A stretch of DNA of 64,000 nucleotides from Camelus dromedarius (lineage: Eukaryota), in NCBI RefSeq assembly GCF_036321535.1, contig NC_087436.1:2294001-2358000 (forward strand), given 5' to 3'. Below are positions 52,931 to 64,000 of this stretch, piece after piece; the stretch's first letter is position 1, and each line of letters starts with the position of its first letter. The notes below the pieces were generated by a model that was not told the DNA's origin, made no database searches, and saw nothing but the letters and a program-made list of their open reading frames with translations. The position numbers and the translations under genes are program-made.

Positions 52931-55900
52931 TAGAGTTTGCAACTGAAAAGAAACTTTGTGTTCCCAACAAGCTAGGTGAAGGACGGCTTTCACACACACT
53001 TATCCCTGAGAACTAAGCATGTGGAGAGACTTTCGTTCATCAAACTCAAATGGAACCGGTTGCAGGAGAAGCTTTGACACATTTATCTCACTCTGTTTCC
53101 TAGTGCCGTTTAGGAGTTCTTGCAGTTTTCACTGTAAAACCGAGTTGGGGCTCGTACATCCCCATATATATGTATGGAGTGGAGTTTGCAACTGAAAAGT
53201 AACTATGTGTTCCCAAAAAGCCAGCTGAAGGACGGCTTTCACACACACTTAACTCTCAGAATTTAGCATGTGGAGAGATGTTCGTTCAACTAGCACAAAG
53301 GGAACGGGTTGCAGGAGAAGCTTTTACTCTGGTTTCTCAGTCTGTTTCCTAGTGCAGGTTTGAATTTCCTGCAGTTTTCACTGTAAAACAGAGTTGGAGC
53401 TTGTACCACCCCTTATATATGTATGGAGTGGAGTTTGTAAGTGAAAAGAAATTTTGTGTTCCCAACAATCTAGGTGAAGGACGGCTTTCACACACACTTA
53501 TCTCTCAGTACTGAGCATGTGGAGAGACGTTCGTTCATCTAGCAAAAATGGAATGGGATGCAGGAGAAACTTTTACTCTGGTTTCTCAGTCTGTTTCCTA
53601 GTGCCGGTTTGAAGTTCCTGCAGTTTTCACTGTAAAACCGAGTTGGAGCTAGTAACTCCCCAAATATATGTATGGAGTGGGGTTTGCAAGTGAAAAGAAG
53701 CTTTGTGTTCCCAAAAAGCTGGTTGAAGGACGGCTTTCACACACACTTATCTCTCAGAACTGAGCATGTGGAGAGACGTTCGTTCATCTAGCAAAAATGG
53801 AACGGGTTACAGGAGAAACTTTACTCTGGTTTCTCAGTCTGTTTCCTAGTGCCGGTTTGAAGTTCCTGCAGTTTTCACTGTAAAACCGAGGTGGAGCTAG
53901 TACCTCCCCATATATATGTATGGAGTTTAGTTTGCAAGTTAAAAGAAACTTTGTGTCCCCAACAAGCTAGGTGAAGTTCGGCTTTCATTCACACTTATCT
54001 CTCTGAACTGAGCATTGGTAGAGAGCTTCGTTCATCTAGCACAAAGGGAACGATTTGCAGGAGAAACTTATCTCTGTTTTCTCAGTCTGTTTCCTAGTGC
54101 CGGTTTCAAGTTCCTGCAGTTTTCACTGTAAAACCGAGTTGGAGCTAGTACCTCCCCATATATATGTATGGAGTGGAGTTTGCAACTGAAAAGAAACTTT
54201 GAGTTCCCAACAAGCTAGGTGAAGGACGGCTTTCACACATAATTATCTTTCAGAACTGAGCAAGTGGAGAGACGTTCGTTCATCTAGTACAAAGGGAACG
54301 GGTTGCAGGTGAAACTTTTTCCCTAGTTTCTCAGTCTGTTTCCTGTTGCCGGTTTAAAGTTCCTGCAGTTTTCACTGTAAAACCGAGTTGGAGCTAGTAC
54401 CTCCCCATATATATGTATGGAGTGGAGTTTGCAACTGAAAGGAACTTTGTGTTCCCAAGAAGCTAGGTGAAGGATGGCTTTCACACAAACTTATCTCTCA
54501 GAACTGAGCATGTGGAGAGACGTTCATTCATCTAGCACAAAGGGAACGGGTTGCAGGAGAAACTTTTACTCTGGTTTCTCAGTCTGTTTCCTAGTGCCGG
54601 ATAGAAGTTCCTGCAGTTTTCACTGTAAAACCGAGTTGGAGCTTGTACCTCCCCATATATATGTATGGAGTGGAGTTTGCAAGTGAAAAGAAACTTTGTG
54701 TTCCCAACAAGCTAGGTGAAGGACGGCCTTCACACACACTTATCTCTCAGAACTGAGCATGTGGAGAGACGTTCGTTCATCTAGAAAAAGGGAACGGGTT
54801 GCAGGAGAAACTTTACTCTGGTTTCTCAGTCTGTTTCCTAGTGCCGGTTTGAAGTTCCTGCAGTTTTCACTGTAAAACCGAGGTGGAGCTAGTACCTTCC
54901 CATATATATGTATGGAGTTAAGTTTGCAAGTGAAAAGAAACTATGTGTTCCCAAGAAGCTACGTGAAGGACGGCTTTCACACACACTTATCTCTCAGAAC
55001 TGAGCATGTGGAGAGACGTTCGTTCATCAAGCACAAAGGGAACGGGTTGCAGGAGAAACTTTTACTCTGGTTTCTCAGTCTGTTTCCTAGTGCCGGTTTG
55101 AAGTTCCTGCAGTTTTCACTGTAAAATCGAGTTGGAGCTAGTACGTCCCCATATATATGTATGGAGTTTAGTTTGAAATTGAAAAGAAACTTTGTGTTCA
55201 CAACAAGCTAGGTGAAGGACGGCTTTCACACACACTTATCTCTCAGGACTGAGCATTTGGAGAGACTTTCGTTCATCTACCACAAAGGGAACGGGTTGCA
55301 GGGGAAACTATTTCTCTGGTTTCTCAGTCTGTTTCCTGTTGCCGGTTTGAAGTTCCTGCATTTTCACTGTACAACCGAGTTGGTGCTAGTACCTCCCCAT
55401 ATATATGTATGGAGTGGATTTTCAACTGAAAAGAAAATTTGTGTTCCCAAGAGGCTAGGTGAAGGACGGCTTTCACACACACTTATCTCTCTGAACTTAC
55501 AATGTGTAGAGAGCTTCGTTCATCTAGCACAAAGTGAACGGGTTGCAGGAGAAACTTTTCTCTGTTTTCTCAGTCTGTTTCCTAGTGCCGGTTTGAAGTT
55601 CCTGCAGTTTTCACTGTAAAACCGAGTTGGAGCTAGTACCTCCCCATATATATGTATGGAGTTTAGTTTGCAAGTTAAAAGAAACTTTGTGTCCCCAACA
55701 AGCTAGTTGAAGGATGGCTTTCACTCACACTTATCTCTCTGAACTGAGCATGGGTAGAGAGCTTCGTTCATCTAGCACAAAGGGAACGGTTTGCAGGAGA
55801 AACTTATCTCTGTTTTCTCAGTCTGTTTCCTAGTGCCGGTTTCAAGTTCCTGCAGTTTTCACTGTAAAATCGAGTTGGAGCTAGTACCTCCCCATATATA

Positions 55901-56459
55901 TGTATGGAGTGGAGTTTGCAACTGAAAGGAACTATGTGTTCCCAAGAAGCTAGGTGAAGGACGGCTTTCACACACACTTATCTCTCAGAACTGAGCATGT
56001 GGAGAGACGTTCGTTCTTCTAGCACAAAGGGAACGGTTTGCAGGAGAAACTTTTACTCTGGTATCTCAGTCTGTTTCCTAGTGCCGGTTTGAAGTTCCTG
56101 CAGTTTTCACTGTAAAACCGAGTTGGAGCTTGTACCTCCCCATATATATGTATGGAGTGGAATTTGCAAGTGAAAAGAAACTTTGTGTTCCCAACAAGCT
56201 AGTTGAAGGACGGCCTTCACACACACTTATCTCTCAGAACTGAGCATGTGGAGAGACGTTCGTTCATCTAGCACAAATGGAACGGATTGCAGGAGAAACT
56301 TTACTCTGGTTTCTCAGTCTGTTTCCTAGTGCCGGTTTGAAGTTCCTGCAGTTTTCACTGTAAAACTGAGTTGGAGCTTGTACCTTCCCATATATATGTA
56401 TGGAGTTAAGTTTGCAAGTGAAAAGAAACTTTGTGTTCCCAAGAAGCTACGTGAAGGAC

Positions 56460-59400
56460 GGCTTTCACACACACTTATCTCTCAGAACTGAGCATTTGGA
56501 GAGACTTTCGTTCATCTACCACAAAGGGAACGGGTTGCAGGAGAAACTTTTTCTCTGGTTTCTCAGTCTGTTTCCTGTTGCCGGTTTGAAGTTCCTGCAG
56601 TTTTCACTGTACAACCGAGTTGGTGCTAGTACCTCCCCATATATATGTATGGAGTGGAGTTTCAACTGAAAAGAAACTTTGTGTTCCCAAGAGACTAGGT
56701 GAAGGACGGCTTTCACACACACTTATCTCTCTGAACTGACAATGTGTAGAGAGCTTCGTTCATCTAGCACAAAGTGAACGGGTTGCAGGGGAAACTTTTC
56801 TCTGGTTTCTCAGTCTGTTTCCTAGTGCCGGTTTGAAGTTCCTGCAGTTTTCACTGTAAAACCGATTTGGAGCTAGTACCTCCCCATATATATGTATGGA
56901 GTTAGTTTGCAATTTAAAAGAATCTTTGTGTCCCCAACAAGCTAGGTGAAGGACGGCTTTCACTCAAACTTATCTCCCTGAACTGAGCATGGGTAGAGAG
57001 CTTCGTTCATCTAGCACAAAGGGAACGGTTTGCAGGAGAAACTTATCTCTGTTTTCTCAGTCTGTTTCCTAGTGCCGGTTTCAAGTTCCTGCAGTTTTCA
57101 CTGTAAAACAGAGTTGGAGCTAGTACCTCCCCATATATATGTATGGAGTGGAGTTTGCAATTGAAAAGAAACTTTGAGTTCCCAACAAGCTATGTGAAGG
57201 ACGGCATTCACAAACAATTATCTCTCAGAACTGAGCAAGTGGAGAGACGTTCGTTCATCTAGTACAAAGGGAACGGGTTGCAGGTGAAACTTTTTCTCTA
57301 GTTTCTCAGTCTGTTTCCTGTTGCCGGTTTAAAGTTCCTGCAGTTTTCACTGTAAAACCGAGTTGGAGCTAGTACCTCCCCATATATATGTATGGAGTTT
57401 AGTTTGAAAATGAAAAGAAACTTTGTGTTCACAACAAGCTAGTTGAAGGACGGCCTTCACACACACTTATCTCTCAGAACTGAGCATGTGGAGAGACGTT
57501 CGTTCATCTAGCACAAATGGAACGGATTGCAGGAGAAACTTTACTCTGGTTTCTCAGTCTGTTTCCAGTGCCGGTTTGAAGTTCCTGCAGTTTTCACTGT
57601 AAAACCGAGTTCGAGGTTGTACCTTCCCATATATATGTATGGAGTTAAGTTTGCAAGTGAAAAGAAACTTTGTGTTCCCAAGAAGCTACGTGAACGACGG
57701 CTTTCACACACACTTATCTCTCAGAACTGAGCATGTGGAGAGACTTTCGTTCATCTAGCACAAAGGGAACGGGTTGCAGGAGAAACTTTTACTCTGGTTT
57801 CTCAGTCTGTTTCCTAGTGCCGGTTTGAAGTTCCTGCAGTTTTCACTGTACAACCGAGTTGGTGCTAGTACCTCCCCATATATATGTATGGAGTGGAGTT
57901 TCAACTGAAAAGAAACTTTGTGTTCCCAAGAGACTAGGTGAAGGACGGCTTTCACACACACTTATCTCTCTGAACTGACAATGTGTAGAGAGCTTCGTTC
58001 ATCTAGCACAAAGTGAACGGGTTGCAGGGGAACCTTTTCTCTGGTTTCTCAGTCTGTTTCCTAGTGCCGGTTTGAAGTTCCTGCAGTTTTCACTGTAAAA
58101 CCGATTTGGAGCTAGTACCTCCCCATATATATGTATGGAGTTTAGTTTGCAATTTAAAAGAATCTTTGTGTCCCCAACAAGCTAGGTGAAGGACGGCTTT
58201 CACTCACACTTATCTCTCTGAACTGAGCATGGGTAGAGAGCTTCGTTCATCTAGCACAAAGGGAACGGTTTGCAGGAGAAACTTATCTCTGTTTTCTCAG
58301 TCTGATTCCTAGTACCGGTTTCAATTTCCTGCAGTTTTCACTGTAAAACAGAGTTGGAGCTAGTACCTCCCCATATATATGTATGGAGTGGAGTTTGCAA
58401 TTGAAAAGAAACTTTGAGTTCCCAACAAGCTATGTGAAGGACGGCTTTCACAAACAATTATCTCTCAGAACTGAGCAAGTGGAGAGACGTTCGTTCATCT
58501 AGCACAAAGGGAACGGGTTGCAGGAGAAACTTTTACTCTGGTTTCTCAGTCTGTTTCCTAGTGCCGGATTGAAGTTCCTGCAGTTTTCACTGTAAAACCG
58601 AGTTGGAGCTTGTACCTCCCCATATATATATATGGAGTGGAGTTTGCAAGTGAAAAGAAACTTTGTGTTCCCAACAAGCTAGGTGAAGGACGGCCTTCAC
58701 ACACACTTATCTCTCAGAACTGAGCATGTGGAGAGACGTTCGTTCATCTAGAAAAAGGGAACGGGTTGCAGGAGAAACTTTACTCTGGTTTCTCAGTCTG
58801 TTTCCTAGTGCCGGTTTGAAGTTCCTGCAGTTTTCACTGTAAAACCGAGGTGGAGCTAGTACCTTCCCATATATATGTATGGAGTTAAGTTTGCAAGTGA
58901 AAAGAAACTATGTGTTCCCAAGAAGCTACGTGAAGGACGGCTTTCACACACACATATCTCTCAGAACTGAGCATGTGGAGAGACGTTCTTTCATCAAGCA
59001 CAAAGGGAACGGGTTGCAGGAGAAACTTTTACTCTGGTTTCTCAGTCTGTTTCCTAGTGCCGGTTTGAAGTTCCTGCAGTTTTCACTGTAAAATCGAGTT
59101 GGAGCTAGTACCTCCCCATATATATGTATGGAGTTTAGTTTGAAATTGAAAAGAGCTTTGTGTTAACAACAAGCTAGGTGAAGGACGGCTTTCACACACA
59201 CTTATCTCTCAGAACTGAGCATTTGGAGAGACTTTCGTTCATCTACCACAAAGGGAACGGGTTGCAGGAGAAACTTTTTCTCTGGTTTCTCAGTCTGTTT
59301 CCTGTTGCCGGTTTGAAGTTCCTGCAGTTTTCACTGTACAACCGAGTTGGTGCTAGTACCTCCCCATATATATGTATGGAGTGGAGTTTCAACTGAAAAG

Positions 59401-62400
59401 AAACTTTGTGTTCCCAAGAGACTAGGTGAAGGACGGCTTTCACACACACTTATCTCTCTGAACTGACAATGTGTAGAGAGCTTCGTTCATCTAGCACAAA
59501 GTGAACGGGTTGCAGGGGAAACTTTTCTCTGGTTTCTCAGTCTGTTTCCTAGTGCCGGTTTGAAGTTCCTGCAGTTTTCACTGTAAAATCGAGTTGGAGC
59601 TAGTACCTCCCCATATATATGTATGGAGTTTAGTTTGAAATTGAAAAGAGCTTTGTGTTAACAACAAGCTAGGTGAAGGACGGCTTTCACACACACTTAT
59701 CTCTCAGAACTGAGCATTTGGAGAGACTTTCGTTCATCTACCACAAAGGGAACGGGTTGCAGGAGAAACTTTTTCTCTGGTTTCTCAGTCTGTTTCCTGT
59801 TGCCGGTTTGAAGTTCCTGCAGTTTTCACTGTACAACCGAGTTGGTGCTAGTACCTCCCCATATATATGTATCGAGTGGAGTTTCAACTGAAAAGAAACT
59901 TTGTGTTCCCAAGAGACTAGGTGAAGGACGGCTTTCACACACACTTATCTCTCTGAACTGACAATGTGTAGAGAGCTTCGTTCATCTAGCACAAAGTGAA
60001 CGGGTTGCAGGGGAAACTTTTCTTGGTTTCTCAGTCTGTTTCCTAGTGCCGGTTTGAAGTTCCTGCAGTTTTCACTGTAAAACCGATTTGGAGCTAGTAC
60101 CTCCCCATATATATGTATGGAGTTAGTTTGCAATTTAAAAGAATCTTTGTGTCCCCAACAAGCTAGGTGAAGGACGGCTTTCACTCAAACTTATCTCCCT
60201 GAACTGAGCATGGGTAGAGAGCTTCGTTCATCTAGCACAAAGGGAACGGTTTGCAGGAGAAACTTATCTCTGTTTTCTCAGTCTGTTTCCTAGTGCCGGT
60301 TTCAAGTTCCTGCAGTTTTCACTGTAAAACAGAGTTGGAGCTAGTACCTCCCCATATATATGTATGGAGTGGAGTTTGCAATTGAAAAGAAACTTTGAGT
60401 TCCCAACAAGCTATGTGAAGGACGGCATTCACAAACAATTATCTCTCAGAACTGAGCAAGTGGAGAGACGTTCGTTCATCTAGTACAAAGGGAACGGGTT
60501 GCAGGTGAAACTTTTTCTCTAGTTTCTCAGTCTGTTTCCTGTTGCCGGTTTAAAGTTCCTGCAGTTTTCACTGTAAAACCGAGTTGGAGCTAGTACCTCC
60601 CCATATATATGTATGGAGTTTAGTTTGAAAATGAAAAGAAACTTTGTGTTCACAACAAGCTAGTTGAAGGACGGCCTTCACACACACTTATCTCTCAGAA
60701 CTGAGCATGTGGAGAGACGTTCGTTCATCTAGCACAAATGGAACGGATTGCAGGAGAAACTTTACTCTGGTTTCTCAGTCTGTTTCCAGTGCCGGTTTGA
60801 AGTTCCTGCAGTTTTCACTGTAAAACCGAGTTCGAGCTTGTACCTTCCCATATATATGTATGGAGTTAAGTTTGCAAGTGAAAAGAAACTTTGTGTTCCC
60901 AAGAAGCTACGTGAACGACGGCTTTCACACACACTTATCTCTCAGAACTGAGCATGTGGAGAGACTTTCGTTCATCTAGCACAAAGGGAACGGGTTGCAG
61001 GAGAAACTTTTACTCTGGTTTCTCAGTCTGTTTCCTAGTGCCGGTTTGAAGTTCCTGCAGTTTTCACTGTACAACCGAGTTGGTGCTAGTACCTCCCCAT
61101 ATATATGTATGGAGTGGAGTTTCAACTGAAAAGAAACTTTGTGTTCCCAAGAGACTAGGTGAAGGACGGCTTTCACACACACTTATCTCTCTGAACTGAC
61201 AATGTGTAGAGAGCTTCGTTCATCTAGCACAAAGTGAACGGGTTGCAGGGGAACCTTTTCTCTGGTTTCTCAGTCTGTTTCCTAGTGCCGGTTTGAAGTT
61301 CCTGCAGTTTTCACTGTAAAACCGATTTGGAGCTAGTACCTCCCCATATATATGTATGGAGTTTAGTTTGCAATTTAAAAGAATCTTTGTGTCCCCAACA
61401 AGCTAGGTGAAGGACGGCTTTCACTCACACTTATCTCTCTGAACTGAGCATGGGTAGAGAGCTTCGTTCATCTAGCACAAAGGGAACGGTTTGCAGGAGA
61501 AACTTATCTCTGTTTTCTCAGTCTGATTCCTAGTACCGGTTTCAATTTCCTGCAGTTTTCACTGTAAAACAGAGTTGGAGCTAGTACCTCCCCATATATA
61601 TGTATGGAGTGGAGTTTGCAATTGAAAAGAAACTTTGAGTTCCCAACAAGCTATGTGAAGGACGGCTTTCACAAACAATTATCTCTCAGAACTGAGCAAG
61701 TGGAGAGACGTTCGTTCATCTAGCACAAAGGGAACGGGTTGCAGGAGAAACTTTTACTCTGGTTTCTCAGTCTGTTTCCTAGTGCCGGATTGAAGTTCCT
61801 GCAGTTTTCACTGTAAAACCGAGTTGGAGCTTGTACCTCCCCATATATATATATGGAGTGGAGTTTGCAAGTGAAAAGAAACTTTGTGTTCCCAACAAGC
61901 TAGGTGAAGGACGGCCTTCACACACACTTATCTCTCAGAACTGAGCATGTGGAGAGACGTTCGTTCATCTAGAAAAAGGGAACGGGTTGCAGGAGAAACT
62001 TTACTCTGGTTTCTCAGTCTGTTTCCTAGTGCCGGTTTGAAGTTCCTGCAGTTTTCACTGTAAAACCGAGGTGGAGCTAGTACCTTCCCATATATATGTA
62101 TGGAGTTAAGTTTGCAAGTGAAAAGAAACTATGTGTTCCCAAGAAGCTACGTGAAGGACGGCTTTCACACACACATATCTCTCAGAACTGAGCATGTGGA
62201 GAGACGTTCTTTCATCAAGCACAAAGGGAACGGGTTGCAGGAGAAACTTTTACTCTGGTTTCTCAGTCTGTTTCCTAGTGCCGGTTTGAAGTTCCTGCAG
62301 TTTTCACTGTAAAATCGAGTTGGAGCTAGTACCTCCCCATATATATGTATGGAGTTTAGTTTGAAATTGAAAAGAGCTTTGTGTTAACAACAAGCTAGGT

Positions 62401-62490
62401 GAAGGACGGCTTTCACACACACTTATCTCTCAGAACTGAGCATTTGGAGAGACTTTCGTTCATCTACCACAAAGGGAACGGGTTGCAGGA
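56460..62490 (+). repeat. Near-perfect duplication with 13-monomer period (3221 bp)
   Basis: Translations match at 57527/60748, 57755/60976, 58879/62100 and 59178/62399, all at offset 3221. Confidence 0.92.
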
Positions 62491-64000
62491 GAAACTATTT
62501 CTCTGGTTTCTCAGTCTGTTTCCTGTTGCCGGTTTGAAGTTCCTGCAGTTTTCACTGTACAACCGAGTTGGTGCTAGTACCTCCCCATATATATGTATGG
62601 AGTGGAGTTTCAACTGAAAAGAAACTTTGTGTTCCCAAGAGGCTAGGTGAAGGACGGCTTTCACACACACTTATCTCTCTGAACTGACAATGTGTAGAGA
62701 GCTTCGTTCATCTAGCACAAATTGAACGGGTTGCAGGAGAAACTTTTCTCTGGTTTCTCAGTCTGTTTCCTAGTGCCGCTTTGAAGTTCCTGCAGTTTTC
62801 ACTGTAAAACCGAGTTGGAGCTAGTACCTCCCCATATATATGTATGGAGTTTACTTTGCAAGTTAAAAGAAACTTTGTGTCCCCAACAAGCTAGTTGAAG
62901 GATGGCTTTCACTCACACTTATCTCTCTGAACTGAGCATGGGTAGAGAGCTTCGTTCATCTAGCACAAAGGGAACGGTTTGCAGGAGAAACTTATCTCTG
63001 TTTTCTCAGTCTGTTTCCTAGTGCCGGTTTCAAGTTCCTGCAGTTTTCACTGTAAAATCGAGTTGGAGCTAGTACCTCCCCATATATATGTATGGAGTGG
63101 AGTTTGCAACTGAAAGGAACTATGTGTTCCCAAGAAGCTAGGTGAAGGACGGCTTTCACACACACTTATCTCTCAGAACTGAGCATGTGGAGAGACGTTC
63201 GTTCTTCTAGCACAAAGGGAACGGGTTGCAGGAGAAACTTTTACTCTGGTTTCTCAGTCTGTTTCCTAGTGCCGGTTTGAAGTTCCTGCAGTTTTCACTG
63301 TAAAACCGAGTTGGAGCTTGTACCTCCCCATATATATGTATGGAGTGGAGTTTGCAAGTGAAAAGAAACTTTGTGTTCCCAACAAGCTAGTTGAAGGACG
63401 GCCTTCACACACACTTATCTCTCAGAACTGAGCATGTGGAGAGACGTTCGTTCATCTAGCACAAATGGAACGGATTGCAGGAGAAACTTTACTCTGGTTT
63501 CTCAGTCTGTTTCCTAGTGCCGGTTTGAAGTTCCTGCAGTTTTCACTGTAAAACCGAGTTGGAGCTTGTACCTTCCCATATATATGTATGGAGTTAAGTT
63601 TGCAAGTGAAAAGAAATTTTGTGTTCCCAAGAAGCTACGTGAAGGACGGCTTTCACACACACTTATCTCTCAGAACTGAGCATGTGGAGAGACTTTCGTT
63701 CATCTAGCACAAAGGGAACGGGTTGCAGGAGAAACTTTTACTCTGGTTTCTCAGTCTGTTTCCTAGTGCCGGTTTGAAGTTCCTGCAGTTTTCACTGTAA
63801 AATCGAGTTGGAGCTAGTACCTCCCCATATATATGTATGGAGTTTAGTTTGAAAATGAAAAGAAACTTTGTGTTCACAACAAGCTAGGTGAAGGACGGCT
63901 TTCACACACACTTATCTCTCAGAACTGAGCATTTGGAGAGACTTTCGTTCATCTACCACAAAGGGAACGGGTTGCAGGAGAAACTTTTTCTCTGGTTTCT

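Larger units (their letters stand above)
1..64000 (+). repeat. Tandem satellite DNA array, ~249 bp monomer, ~257 copies, all in the same orientation, running off both window ends
   Basis: The motif TAAAAC(C/A)GAGTTGGAGCTAGTACC...GTTTTCACTG starts at 1, 250, ... 3977 and continues to the end. The anchors CATATATATGTATGGAG, AGAAACTTTGTGTTCCC, CTCAGAACTGAG and TTCGTTCATCTAGC recur once per ~249 bp. I saw no non-satellite sequence. Confidence 0.99.

Noticed and set aside
285..62670. All 60-135 aa ORFs in the track (e.g. MYGVEFATEKKLCVP..., MCVKAVLHL..., MKDGFHTHLS...)
   Set aside because: They are translations of the same satellite monomer in several frames on both strands, broken by stops and 1-bp indels at random. 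They show no sign of frame conservation and no recognisable domain. I used them only as markers for repeat offsets.
1..64000. A giant repeat-protein gene (249 bp = 83 codons)
   Set aside because: The consensus has stop codons, many monomers are 247-248 bp and shift frame, and the longest ORF is only 135 aa.
1..64000. CRISPR array or other repeat-spacer system
   Set aside because: There are no unique spacers: the whole period is conserved between copies. No cas-like ORFs are present.
1..64000. Tandem RNA gene cluster (5S rRNA, tRNA, snRNA) or SINE array
   Set aside because: I found no recognisable 5S, tRNA or snRNA sequence, no convincing Pol III A/B box pair, no poly(A) tail or target-site duplications, and no conserved-gene versus variable-spacer partition. 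An Rfam/Infernal scan would be the formal test.
1..64000. Identification as primate alpha satellite or another named family
   Set aside because: The monomer length differs from 171 bp, there is no canonical CENP-B box, and the resemblance is limited to short motifs. I cannot support any family name without a database search.
1..64000. Strand inversion or transposon insertion within the array
   Set aside because: I looked for reverse-complement monomer anchors and for non-satellite sequence and saw none.

Overview
The whole 64 kb window is one uninterrupted, head-to-tail, single-orientation tandem satellite array. The monomer is about 249 bp (247-249 bp, roughly 257 copies), which looks like eukaryotic (peri)centromeric-type satellite DNA. 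I found no credible genes, transposon insertions, inversions or CRISPR array. All ORFs in the track are incidental translations of the monomer. The informative structure is higher-order and was read by eye from diagnostic variants and from offsets between identical ORF translations. (i) 1-12.7 kb is a patchwork of block copies at 4-, 15-, 16- and 21-monomer offsets. (ii) About 12.7-36.7 kb is a young higher-order repeat (HOR) whose units are 27, 23 and 26 monomers long; all can be derived from one 24-monomer (~5.96 kb) master by whole-monomer deletions and duplications. (iii) About 36.7-49 kb is a more diverged domain with 8/13/16-monomer recurrences. (iv) About 49-53 kb is a distinct variant domain containing a 4-mer duplication. 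(v) About 53-64 kb contains a 13-mer (3221 bp) duplication. The monomer is rich in short dyad symmetries, appears to be an ancient ~124 bp dimer, and lacks a canonical CENP-B box. I cannot assign the satellite family or the species from sequence alone.
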